Virus record (IMG/VR): IMGVR_UViG_3300032241_002336
Coordinates: 1-64,000 of that record
Length of the DNA stretch: 64,000 bases
DNA from: a virus
Strand: one strand, 5' to 3'
A program made the position numbers and the translations under genes. This document shows, piece by piece, positions 1-7,546 of this stretch. Every line of letters starts with the position of its first letter. Position 1 is the first letter of the stretch. Under the pieces are notes generated by a model. The model was not told where the DNA came from. It saw nothing but the letters and a program-made list of their open reading frames with translations, and searched no databases.

Positions 1-351
1 ATTATAGTCATCATAATCATCATTCTCATTATCTATTTCTTCATCCTTATCACCATGAAGAATAGTTACCAAATATTCCTCACCAATAAATGTGCCAAAT
101 TCACCATTGAATATTTTTTCTAAATAATCATATTCTGATTTGGTTATTTCTTTAAATTCTATCCTTGATAATAGATCTTCCCCATTTGAATAGTTCAGAC
201 TTTCTGAATTAGCATAATATGCAAATTCCCATGTTATACTTGATGCTAATTCCTCAAATCTTGATTGTTCTTTATCAGTCATTATTTTAAAACCATGTAC
301 ATCAAATTCTTCACCATGGTTATCTGTAAAAATCGCTAGATATCTTGCCAT
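1..351 (-). CDS. Hypothetical protein, 3'-truncated by window edge
   Basis: ATG at 351, open frame MARYLAIFTDNHGEEFDVHGFKIMTDKE... to position 1; not in the ORF track. Confidence 0.75.
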   Translation of the reverse strand, partial: MARYLAIFTDNHGEEFDVHGFKIMTDKEQSRFEELASSITWEFAYYANSESLNYSNGEDLLSRIEFKEITKSEYDYLEKIFNGEFGTFIGEEYLVTILHGDKDEEIDNENDDYDDYN

Positions 352-364
352 AATTTTTTTAATA

Positions 365-396
365 AATATGGTGCTATTTTAAAATAGCACCATATT
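365..396. terminator. Perfect 32-bp palindrome, probable terminator hairpin
   Basis: AATATGGTGCTATTTT/AAAATAGCACCATATT just downstream of the 404..673 gene. Confidence 0.6.
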
Positions 397-403
397 AAAA
401 ATA

Positions 404-673
404 TTAAAGGCTATTATAGCTCTTCAAGAGACGTTTAAACGTTTGATAAGTTTGCCTATCAATGTTTTTATTATCGTAATTCTCTTGGATTCTTGATTTC
501 ACATCAGAAAGATAATTCCTTCCAAAATCATGCTTCCTTGATGCCTCTGATAGAGATAAATTACCCCTAATAGCCGTTTCAAGAATCTTAATACCGTTTT
601 CAACACTTACTTGTGTCCTAGTTTTTGTAACCTTTGTTTTTGTTACCTTTGTTGTTTTTGCTTTTGTAGCCAT
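404..673 (-). CDS. Small basic protein with Lys/Thr-rich N-terminus and possible HTH
   Basis: KVTKT repeats; LSLSEASRKHDFGRNYLS looks like an HTH; TATATTTG promoter at 720-727. Confidence 0.55.
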   Translation of the reverse strand: MATKAKTTKVTKTKVTKTRTQVSVENGIKILETAIRGNLSLSEASRKHDFGRNYLSDVKSRIQENYDNKNIDRQTYQTFKRLLKSYNSL

Positions 674-756
674 TTTTTTTCTTTTTTAATTAAACAATTA
701 TTATTAATAAAATAGAAAACAAATATACAAAGTTTTTTTTATTCGTGCAACTTTTT

Positions 757-1911
757 TTACAATAATTTTAAAAAATTATTATATTCCATAGCATTTATAG
801 TTCTCCCTAACTCAGGTCCTTCTTTATATCCCCTCTTAATTAAATCATTACCATTTATTGTTAATTTAAAATTTAAAAAAGCATTAATTAATTTATTATC
901 AATATGTATTATATTAGCAAAAATTTTAATTTGTTCATTAGTCAGACCAGATAATTTTTCTTGTCGTTTAAAATTAACAGCATTCTCTGGGGTAAGAGAT
1001 TTTAAATTCAATAAAAAACTAATTGCTTTTATCTCAGTTATAGTATAGGTTAATTTATTTAACTCTCTAGATACTATAGACGGTTGATTATCAATTAATA
1101 ACTTAGAAATAACAATTATTGGGTCTTTTGATTCAATGAAATCATGGTTTACCTTCAAGTTTTTAAATATCCAGTCAAATAAATTATATTTATCCGACAT
1201 TTTCATAAAAAATATAACACTTTTAGCTGACTTAATGCTTTTAATGAATTCGTCTCTAATTCTTTCAGGACTAATACCCTCAAGACTAGCATCTTTTTTC
1301 AATGCATTATCTACATTTGAATCTAAATTACTACCAAATCTACTAGCAAGTCTAATTGCTCTTATGATTCTTAATCTGTCTTCATCAAAACGATTTGATG
1401 GATCCCCTACAGTACGTATTACACCATTTTTAAGGTCATTTACGCCATTAACTAAATCAACTATCTCTTGTCTATCTATGTCATAGAAAAGGGCGTTAAT
1501 CGTTAAATCTCTTCTCGTTACATCTGTTTCAATATTAGTAAATTTAACTGAATCTGGTCTACGACCCTTTCCGACATCGGTTCTGAAAGTAGCTATTTCA
1601 TATTCATTATTATCAGTGAATACATTTATTACACCAAAAGCTTTACCAGTTGGTATTGTTCGGTATCCAGCCTCGGATAATATTTCTTCTACCTTATCTG
1701 GTATTGCATCTGTAGCCAAATCAAAATCTTTTGGCTCTATACCTAATAAAGCATCTCTCACGGCACCACCGACCACAAATAATTTATAATCATTATCTTT
1801 AAATACCTTTTGAATATCAAAAATATCCTGTGGTAAATTAAATTTAAATGGAATGCGCTCTTTAGTCAATAATTTTTTAACTTGTTCTTTTATGTGTTTT
1901 TTTAAAAACAT
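757..1911 (-). CDS. cca: Class II tRNA nucleotidyltransferase (CCA-adding enzyme family)
   Basis: Motifs VGGAVRD, DFDLAT, RRDLTINAL, EDRLRIIRAIR. Confidence 0.9.
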   Translation of the reverse strand: MFLKKHIKEQVKKLLTKERIPFKFNLPQDIFDIQKVFKDNDYKLFVVGGAVRDALLGIEPKDFDLATDAIPDKVEEILSEAGYRTIPTGKAFGVINVFTDNNEYEIATFRTDVGKGRRPDSVKFTNIETDVTRRDLTINALFYDIDRQEIVDLVNGVNDLKNGVIRTVGDPSNRFDEDRLRIIRAIRLASRFGSNLDSNVDNALKKDASLEGISPERIRDEFIKSIKSAKSVIFFMKMSDKYNLFDWIFKNLKVNHDFIESKDPIIVISKLLIDNQPSIVSRELNKLTYTITEIKAISFLLNLKSLTPENAVNFKRQEKLSGLTNEQIKIFANIIHIDNKLINAFLNFKLTINGNDLIKRGYKEGPELGRTINAMEYNNFLKLL

Positions 1912-1918
1912 TTATATA

Positions 1919-3031
1919 TCAATATTTTTCACTAAAATAATTTAACACCCCCAAACTAACTTCTTTCATCGTAGTCTGACCATTTTTAATACTCTCTTTT
2001 GCAAAACCAATCATTTCTTTTAATTTTCCCAAATTTGGTAATTTATAACGATATTTTGTATTAAAAATTAATAATTTTTTCTTGTTTTCTTCTGATACTG
2101 AGTTAAAAAATAATTCTTTTTCTTTAGGATCATCGATTGGTTTTAAATGAGTTAGAAGTGTTGTTTCAAATTCTTCATCGCTTGGTTTTAGAGTTATTTT
2201 ATCTATATCACTTCTCTGATAAAATTTTTCAAAAATTGATAATGCTTCTGGTCTAATATCACCCATTCTAGTTGGCATTAGGTATGATGGATATATATAA
2301 GTCATAATAATTTCACACATTAAAGGGCCATAGCCTCTCTCAGCTGCAATTCTACCTAAGTTTTTAGTTGCGCTATTGATATCAGATACTACAATCATCC
2401 CATAGACTTTTTTTTCAGATGGGTTATAAATAGTGGCCTTAAGAAATAGATTTGTTTTTTCAACATAAATACCAGTATCATTTGGTATATCATTTAATGT
2501 AACCGCAGCTTCATTCAACAATTCCTCATCTATCTTTTTCGGTTCACGATACATATGCATATATGGATTTTCTTTTGATGGGTAATCTAATTTTGGATTT
2601 TCAATGAAGCCACGATTTTTGTAATAATTAATTAATTTTTTTCTAGAAAAATTACTCGATGCGCCAGGTATCAGTTTAAGGACTATATTATTATCATCAG
2701 CTAATTTTTGAAGATATTTTAGTATTTTACTTCCCTTTCCTTTACTGCGTTGATCTTTTGGTACTTCTATTATTTTAATTGTAATTAAATGATTATTTAC
2801 TATATCCAATTGTAAATCATATCCCAATTTTGTTAATAAATCTTCATATCTTTTAAAGACAGTTAAATCATTATTTTCTTTTAGTTTTGGTGTATTATCG
2901 TGACCACATTTATGACATATATACATTTCTTTTTTTGTTGATTCGGATGCTTTCCAATGCCAACCACATTTCTCACATGTAATGGTTTTATCTAAATTTT
3001 CTCTTAATAATTTTTTTATTAAATCTTTCAT
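1919..3031 (-). CDS. Multidomain protein: Zn ribbon plus GNAT-like acetyltransferase domain(s); probable head-packaged protein
   Basis: CEKC...CHKC; GNAT motif A VPKDQRSKGKGSKIL and YYKNRGF; second GYGPLM motif; N-terminal MKDLIKKLLRE. Confidence 0.6.
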   Translation of the reverse strand: MKDLIKKLLRENLDKTITCEKCGWHWKASESTKKEMYICHKCGHDNTPKLKENNDLTVFKRYEDLLTKLGYDLQLDIVNNHLITIKIIEVPKDQRSKGKGSKILKYLQKLADDNNIVLKLIPGASSNFSRKKLINYYKNRGFIENPKLDYPSKENPYMHMYREPKKIDEELLNEAAVTLNDIPNDTGIYVEKTNLFLKATIYNPSEKKVYGMIVVSDINSATKNLGRIAAERGYGPLMCEIIMTYIYPSYLMPTRMGDIRPEALSIFEKFYQRSDIDKITLKPSDEEFETTLLTHLKPIDDPKEKELFFNSVSEENKKKLLIFNTKYRYKLPNLGKLKEMIGFAKESIKNGQTTMKEVSLGVLNYFSEKY

Positions 3032-3035
3032 AAAT

Positions 3036-3068
3036 AAAAATGGGATATTAATATAAATATCCCATTTT
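3036..3068 (-). promoter_or_regulatory. Hairpin (terminator or start-occluding) with TATTTATA motif across the loop
   Basis: AAAAATGGGATATT...AATATCCCATTTTT immediately upstream of ATG 3031. Confidence 0.55.
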
Positions 3069-3077
3069 TTTTGATTA

Positions 3078-3506
3078 TTATTGTATTATTTTATTTAATA
3101 TTTTTCCGAATAATGATGTTTTTTGATTATTCATTTCCTTTTTAGGTTCAATAATTAATGGTTTATATTTTGGATATCCCTCTGGTCTTGACTTTAAGAA
3201 ATAAAATTTATCATTGAAAATATCATTAATTACTATATTTTTATTTTGATCCGTTAATTCACCATTAAGATAGGCATTCATTACATAAAATAATTTTCGA
3301 GATTGTCTATGATAGAAATTTAATTTATCAAAACAATTCTTCTCAAAGGTTTTAACTTCTGCACCTTCAATCTTAAATCTTTTGATTGTACCCATTGCTG
3401 AACTAATAGCAGAATATTTTTTTATATATCGATTGAAATGTCTTTTCATTCTTTTTGGTTTATTCCAATTCGCTATAAACCAACTTTGTTTAATATCTAT
3501 TGTCAT
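3078..3506 (-). CDS. Hypothetical protein
   Basis: 142-aa ORF, co-oriented with neighbours. Confidence 0.7.
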   Translation of the reverse strand: MTIDIKQSWFIANWNKPKRMKRHFNRYIKKYSAISSAMGTIKRFKIEGAEVKTFEKNCFDKLNFYHRQSRKLFYVMNAYLNGELTDQNKNIVINDIFNDKFYFLKSRPEGYPKYKPLIIEPKKEMNNQKTSLFGKILNKIIQ

Positions 3507-3558
3507 ATTTTTATATTTTAATTTTAATTATTATTATTAATTGAAAAATTAAAATATT

Positions 3559-3582
3559 TTATGGCGGTCGTATCTAGTACAT
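3559..3582 (-). other. Amber-containing minigene M-Y-(TAG)-I-R-P-P-stop
   Basis: ATG TAC TAG ATA CGA CCG CCA TAA; GC-rich codons in an otherwise A/T-rich spacer; A-rich leader. Confidence 0.6.
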
Positions 3583-3599
3583 ATAGTTAATTTTTATAA

Positions 3600-3947
3600 T
3601 TAAACATATTTTATATCTTTTCCCAATAATGGTAATGAGCTAGTAAGCTTCTGGGACTCATTAGATGGCTCAAATGCAACAGCTGTAATTTCATTATGAA
3701 AGTCAGGTTCTCTGAAAATAGTATGTTTAATACCCCTTAGAGTTGCTTTAATAATGAGTTCTTTTAGCTCTTCTTCATTCTTTACTGTGAGGAGTATGAG
3801 GTAGTTGGATTTATGCCAACAATTTGAAATTTTAGGATGTTCATACTGAAAATCTATTGCGCAGTGGGATGCTTGGGTAGCTTGAGTTCCTATGCTCAAG
3901 TCTCTTCTTGTTACAATACGTAATTTTTCTGTAATCTAGTGTGTCAT
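3600..3947 (-). CDS. Pth2/PTRHD1-like peptidyl-tRNA hydrolase-fold protein with in-frame TAG at codon 4
   Basis: ATG ACA CAC TAG ATT ACA GAA AAA TTA CGT ATT GTA ACA AGA AGA GAC is in frame with ORF 3600..3899 and restores the family N-terminal strand KLRIVTRRDL...AxQAxH; later VKNEEEL, FREPD, TAVAFEP, LPLL. Confidence 0.8.
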
Positions 3948-3983
3948 AATAATAAATATACTTTTTGGTTTATAAAAGTCAAG

Positions 3984-4054
3984 TGAACCTAGTGGGATTC
4001 AAACCCACGAAAACGTTTTTAGAGAACGCTGCTTTATCGCTAAGCTATAGGTCC
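3984..4054 (-). tRNA. Amber suppressor tRNA, anticodon CUA
   Basis: Cloverleaf: acceptor GGACCTA/TAGGTTC, A73; D stem GCTT/AAGC; anticodon arm GCGTT-CTCTAAA-AACGT; T arm GTGGG-TTTGAAT-CCCAC; CCA not encoded. Confidence 0.88.
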
Positions 4055-4055
4055 A

Positions 4056-4388
4056 TTAATGTAATAACAATTCTATATTATCCAAATTCAAGCCAAACTC
4101 AAAACCTGGCATAATATCAGTCGCTATTAATTTTTCACCATATGGAATTAAAGAAAACTTAATCGGATTCTGCCAATCTCCACCAGCACATACTTCCATT
4201 TTGTCAGAGTTAATTGATAAAACTTCAAAATTTTCAAAGTCTACTAATTCTTTAGTACCTTCTTCATTATTAATATATGGTATATTTTCAATAACATCAT
4301 ATAAAGCCATCGGATCTAAATCAATTAGAGTATGCTCAGCAAAGTTAAAAAAACCACATTTTATTAATATTTCAATAACTGATTTCAT
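4056..4388 (-). CDS. Hypothetical protein
   Basis: 110-aa ORF with AGGDWQNP motif; stop 1 nt before the tRNA. Confidence 0.7.
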   Translation of the reverse strand: MKSVIEILIKCGFFNFAEHTLIDLDPMALYDVIENIPYINNEEGTKELVDFENFEVLSINSDKMEVCAGGDWQNPIKFSLIPYGEKLIATDIMPGFEFGLNLDNIELLLH

Positions 4389-4396
4389 TTTAATTT

Positions 4397-4972
4397 TTAT
4401 TTTACAATTTCATTTTCAATTTTTTTATATAAATCATCCAATGATGAATCATTGTTAATTATAATGTCTGGTTTAATACTATCTTGTTCAACTTCTGAGG
4501 CATGTGCATCACTATTATTTGTGTTTGTTCTAATAACCTTTACTATTGTCGCATTCAATTCCTTTAGAATTTTTTCTTCATGTATAAATCTTAAATCTGG
4601 TATTATTATTTTTAAATTTGGATTAGTTTCCCTTTCTTTTAAATACCAATATTTAAATTTTAAGACCCAAATATTTCTCCCAACATTGAATTCATCTTCA
4701 TTCATATATTTATGAATATCATATTGGAATAATTCTGTGCCAATTATTTGGAGCATCTTTCTGGGTGAAACATTCCATCTAGGATCAATTGTTTCTTTAT
4801 CTTTTTCATCACCCCACATTTGTTCGTGACTAAATCCGAACATTTCTATTAAACCCCTTTTTATTGGATCAGCAAATGAATATCTTACGTATCCATAATT
4901 ATTTATTATGTATTCGGCAATTGTATCTTTTCCGCTTCTTTTAAGACCAGTTATTGATATTAAATTATTCAT
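4397..4972 (-). CDS. Deoxynucleoside monophosphate kinase (T4 gp1-like)
   Basis: P-loop ITGLKRSGKDT, SFADPIK, PRKMLQIIGTE, DLRFIHE, HASE. Confidence 0.88.
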   Translation of the reverse strand: MNNLISITGLKRSGKDTIAEYIINNYGYVRYSFADPIKRGLIEMFGFSHEQMWGDEKDKETIDPRWNVSPRKMLQIIGTELFQYDIHKYMNEDEFNVGRNIWVLKFKYWYLKERETNPNLKIIIPDLRFIHEEKILKELNATIVKVIRTNTNNSDAHASEVEQDSIKPDIIINNDSSLDDLYKKIENEIVK

Positions 4973-4987
4973 AAAACTTTAAAAAAA

Positions 4988-5011
4988 AATCCTTTAATTT
5001 CTTAAAGGATT
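4988..5011 (-). terminator. Intrinsic terminator ending the tRNA cluster
   Basis: AATCCTTTAA/TTAAAGGATT hairpin followed by a T-run on the minus strand. Confidence 0.6.
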
Positions 5012-5019
5012 CTATATGA

Positions 5020-5072
5020 CAGAATTATCTTATTTTTTTTAACCAAAAAAATTAATTGCTGAAATAATTCTT
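5020..5072 (-). ncRNA. Stem-CAGCAA structured element, copy A
   Basis: AGAATTAT-TT-CAGCAA...ATAATTCT-G. Confidence 0.55.
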
Positions 5073-5073
5073 G

Positions 5074-5176
5074 TAGCGGGGGATGGAATTGCACCACCGA
5101 TCTCTTGGTTATTTTTTTAACGAATATTCTTATTCGTTTTCTTGAGCCAAGCGAGTTGCTACTTCTCTACCCCGCA
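5074..5176 (-). tRNA. Initiator-like tRNA-Met(CAU) with a 31-nt insertion in the anticodon
   Basis: Acceptor TGCGGGG/CCCCGCT (1:72 mismatch); anticodon arm CTTGG-CTCA[31 nt]TAA-CCAAG; T arm GGTGG-TGCAATT-CCATC. Confidence 0.8.
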
Positions 5177-5288
5177 AGCTGTTTATAAATATATACAAAT
5201 ATACAAAAGTTTTTTGAAACGTCAAATATTTTTTTAAATTATTTTCTAAATAATAATTTAGAGAATATGGTTTATAAAAAAATTTTAG

Positions 5289-5357
5289 TTGCAGGCGCAG
5301 AATCGAACTGAACCATAAAGTTATGAGCCTTACATGCTACCATTACACCAACCCGCT
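5289..5357 (-). tRNA. tRNA-Met(CAU), initiator-like, slightly degenerate T arm
   Basis: AGCGGGTTGGTGTAATGGTAGCATG-TAAGG-CTCATAA-CTTTA...CAG-TTCGATT-CTG...GCCTGCAA. Confidence 0.75.
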
Positions 5358-5360
5358 AGT

Positions 5361-5425
5361 GTTCCCTGCAGATTTGATACTGCATTAATTCCCAGAAGGA
5401 ACTGTGTTACTTACACTAAGGAAAC
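5361..5425 (-). ncRNA. tRNA-like RNA (non-canonical; possible UCU anticodon)
   Basis: Acceptor GTTTCCT/AGGGAAC + A; D stem GTGT/ACAC; AGTTC-CTTCTGG-GAATT arm; GCAG/CTGC arm whose loop lacks TTC. Confidence 0.55.
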
Positions 5426-5429
5426 ATAT

Positions 5430-5496
5430 CAGAATCAGATTTTTTCTGTTTTAAATTTCAGTTTTAATAGAATTTTAATTTGCTGAACTGATTCTT
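5430..5496 (-). ncRNA. Stem-CAGCAA structured element, copy B
   Basis: AGAATCAG-TT-CAGCAA...CTGATTCT-G. Confidence 0.55.
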
Positions 5497-5501
5497 AAAA
5501 A

Positions 5502-5715
5502 TTTTGTCTCAAAATGAGGGTTCGTATTGTTTTTTACTTAGTTACGTAACTAAGGATTTTTATTTAACTGTAATCATAACAGTACTAGTCAACTTTCGTT
5601 TTATTAAGTTCAGAGGATAATTGGGGTTTAGCCGTTTATCTTAAACTATTGGGAACTAGTAATGCACCATATCATATATTTGATTTGTTTGCTGTACCCA
5701 TTTTTTTAGACAAAA
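5502..5715 (-). ncRNA. Stem-CAGCAA structured element, copy C (long form)
   Basis: AAAATGGG-TA-CAGCAA...CCCTCATTTT-G, outer stem TTTTGTCT/AGACAAAA, internal hairpins such as CTTAGTTAC/GTAACTAAG. Confidence 0.5.
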
Positions 5716-5757
5716 ACAATATTTTAAAGAGCTATATATTTCTAATTTAAATATACA

Positions 5758-5789
5758 CAAAGATACAAAAAATTTTAATTACTGTCAAG
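5758..5789 (-). promoter_or_regulatory. Bacteroidota-type promoter driving the RNA cluster
   Basis: TTGAC upstream element and TATCTTTG, matching TAnnTTTG. Confidence 0.65.
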
Positions 5790-5806
5790 TTTTTTTGGAT
5801 TTTTTT

Positions 5807-6013
5807 TTATTTATTTGGTAAATCTCTTATAATTAAAAAAATTCCTTGTTTATTATTCAAATAATGTACCACATTTATTATTTCAAAATATTTCTTGAAT
5901 TCTTCTAAATAAATTAATTCATTTTTTCTTGGTATATAATGTAATTTAATGTTACCTCTAATTATTTTCCATTTATCATCTAATATTGATAGACTGTATT
6001 TTTTTCTAAACAT
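5807..6013 (-). CDS. Hypothetical protein
   Basis: 68-aa ORF. Confidence 0.6.
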   Translation of the reverse strand: MFRKKYSLSILDDKWKIIRGNIKLHYIPRKNELIYLEEFKKYFEIINVVHYLNNKQGIFLIIRDLPNK

Positions 6014-6102
6014 ATCTTAAAAATAATAAATTAGTTACTATTTATTTTTGTTCTATAATGTATTTATTAGTATAAGTAATAATTTTAATTAAAAACAATT
6101 TT

Positions 6103-6234
6103 ATGGTAAAACAAGAAAAACTTTATGGTTGTGGATGTAAGGGTAATACAGTTAAAACAAATACTACTGTTACTCAGACTAATGTACCTCCAACTACTAC
6201 ACAAACAGTCCCAACTGTTAAAACTAGCAAGTAA
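6103..6234 (+). CDS. Small protein with GCGCK motif and Thr-rich tail (43 aa)
   Basis: MVKQEKLYGCGCKGNTVKTNTTVTQTNVPPTTTQTVPTVKTSK; TATTTAT at 6061; terminator directly after. Confidence 0.65.
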   Translation: MVKQEKLYGCGCKGNTVKTNTTVTQTNVPPTTTQTVPTVKTSK

Positions 6235-6242
6235 GGAATAAT

Positions 6243-6271
6243 TAAAAATGGGGTTTTAGGCCCCATTTTTA
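6243..6271. terminator. Bidirectional intrinsic terminator
   Basis: TAAAAATGGGG/CCCCATTTTTA. Confidence 0.7.
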
Positions 6272-6397
6272 ATTTAAAGTTAAAACCCCAATAAAGCGTA
6301 TTACTAGGGGTTATAAGTTCCAATCCTAATAGGTTAGTTGTTGGTTGGAATCTTGATTAGATCATTTATATATACTATATAGTATAAAATGTGCCAG

Positions 6398-6742
6398 TGG
6401 AGCAATTGGGAGTCGAACCCAAGTCTTAAGTATTCTTCAAAAGTTTTCTACATGTTTATTAGAGTTTTATAACCCTACAAATCTTTACAGCATTTTACTA
6501 TTACTGTGAATAGTCTACTATTTTTGATTCTTAGTATTGAATGTTCGTAGTTTACTACTATTACTTTATTAGGCTAAAGCAAGCTCTTCTTCGCTAACAG
6601 TTAATGTTGCTTCGTCAAGAAAATTTTTTGATACGATAAAATCGTTGTCATTTATTTTTTTAATAGCGAGATTTAAGTGCTTCCATCTAGCACTACATGC
6701 TTACGATTTACGACTATACCTAATCAAAACCAGTATTGCCCC
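6398..6742 (-). ncRNA. ssrA: tmRNA
   Basis: 5' GGGGCAA pairs with 3' TTGCTCC-A (G3.U70 Ala identity); T arm TTGGG-TTCGACT-CCCAA; ATAAAT before resume codon; tag frame 6649-6569 DNDFIVSKNFLDEATLTVSEEELALA-TAA-TAA. Confidence 0.92.
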
Positions 6743-6843
6743 ATATTTTAAAGAACTAAAATTTATTTATATAAATACATCATTCTGACATAAAAGTTCA
6801 TAATGCTATACAAATATACAACATTCTGAACTATTTTGCAAAT

Positions 6844-7545
6844 TTATTTCTTAGTTTTTGATTTTTTCTTTATAATATCATCTATAATGCCATAACTAAA
6901 TGCTTCTTCTGCTGAAAACCATAGATCTCTTTGGGCATCTTTTTTAACTTGTTCGGCAGACTTATTGGTATATGAACCAAGTAATTCGAATAATAAATCA
7001 TTCATTTTTTTAGCCTCAGTCATTGAAATTTCCATATCTTGGATATTACCAACAGCTCCGCTAGATACTTGGTGTAGCATTACTCTACTTGATGGTAGAG
7101 AAAATCTCTTCCCCTTTGTACCTGCACCCAATAATATACTACCCATACTAGCGGCCATTCCTGTGTTAATAGTGACAATATCTGAATTAACATAATTCAT
7201 TACGTCTACCATACTGAGACCAGATTTTACGCTACCACCTGGCGTGTCAACGTGTATTGTAATATCACTATTTTCAAGATTATCTAGGAAAAGAAGTTGA
7301 GCTTGTACAACTGTACTCATTCTATCATTTACTGGACCAGCTAACCAAATTTTTCTTTCCATCATCATACGTGAAAAGATATCTATCTGTGTCACTCTTA
7401 ACTCTCTTTCTTCAAGAACATATGGTGTCATTGATGCTTGTACCCCATATAATTTCTCCTGAAGATGTGACCAATGTTCAAAATCTGATAATGATACTCC
7501 CATATGCTGTATAGCATAATCTTTAAATTCGAGTTTAAAATTCAT
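6844..7545 (-). CDS. clpP: ATP-dependent Clp protease proteolytic subunit
   Basis: DIFSRMM, TPGGSV, GMAASMGS (Ser), MLHQ (His), RDLWF (Asp). Confidence 0.95.
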   Translation of the reverse strand: MNFKLEFKDYAIQHMGVSLSDFEHWSHLQEKLYGVQASMTPYVLEERELRVTQIDIFSRMMMERKIWLAGPVNDRMSTVVQAQLLFLDNLENSDITIHVDTPGGSVKSGLSMVDVMNYVNSDIVTINTGMAASMGSILLGAGTKGKRFSLPSSRVMLHQVSSGAVGNIQDMEISMTEAKKMNDLLFELLGSYTNKSAEQVKKDAQRDLWFSAEEAFSYGIIDDIIKKKSKTKK

Positions 7546-7546
7546 A

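Noticed and set aside
3984-4054. Pyrrolysine tRNA
   Set aside because: Shares CUA and a possible 6-bp anticodon stem, but has A73 rather than G73 and two bases between the acceptor and D stems; no pyl genes in the window.
5639-5701. Short ORFs inside element C (MGTANKSNI; MVHY*FPIV)
   Set aside because: Better explained by RNA helices (ACTAGT pairing); not shared with the other copies.
5020-5715. CRISPR array
   Set aside because: The repeats are not identical direct repeats with regular spacers; only a 6-nt motif and a helix are shared; no cas operon (28737..29495 sits among replication genes).
6357-6365. ATG ATC TAA bar-like minigene downstream of tmRNA
   Set aside because: Expected by chance in AT-rich DNA; no supporting context.
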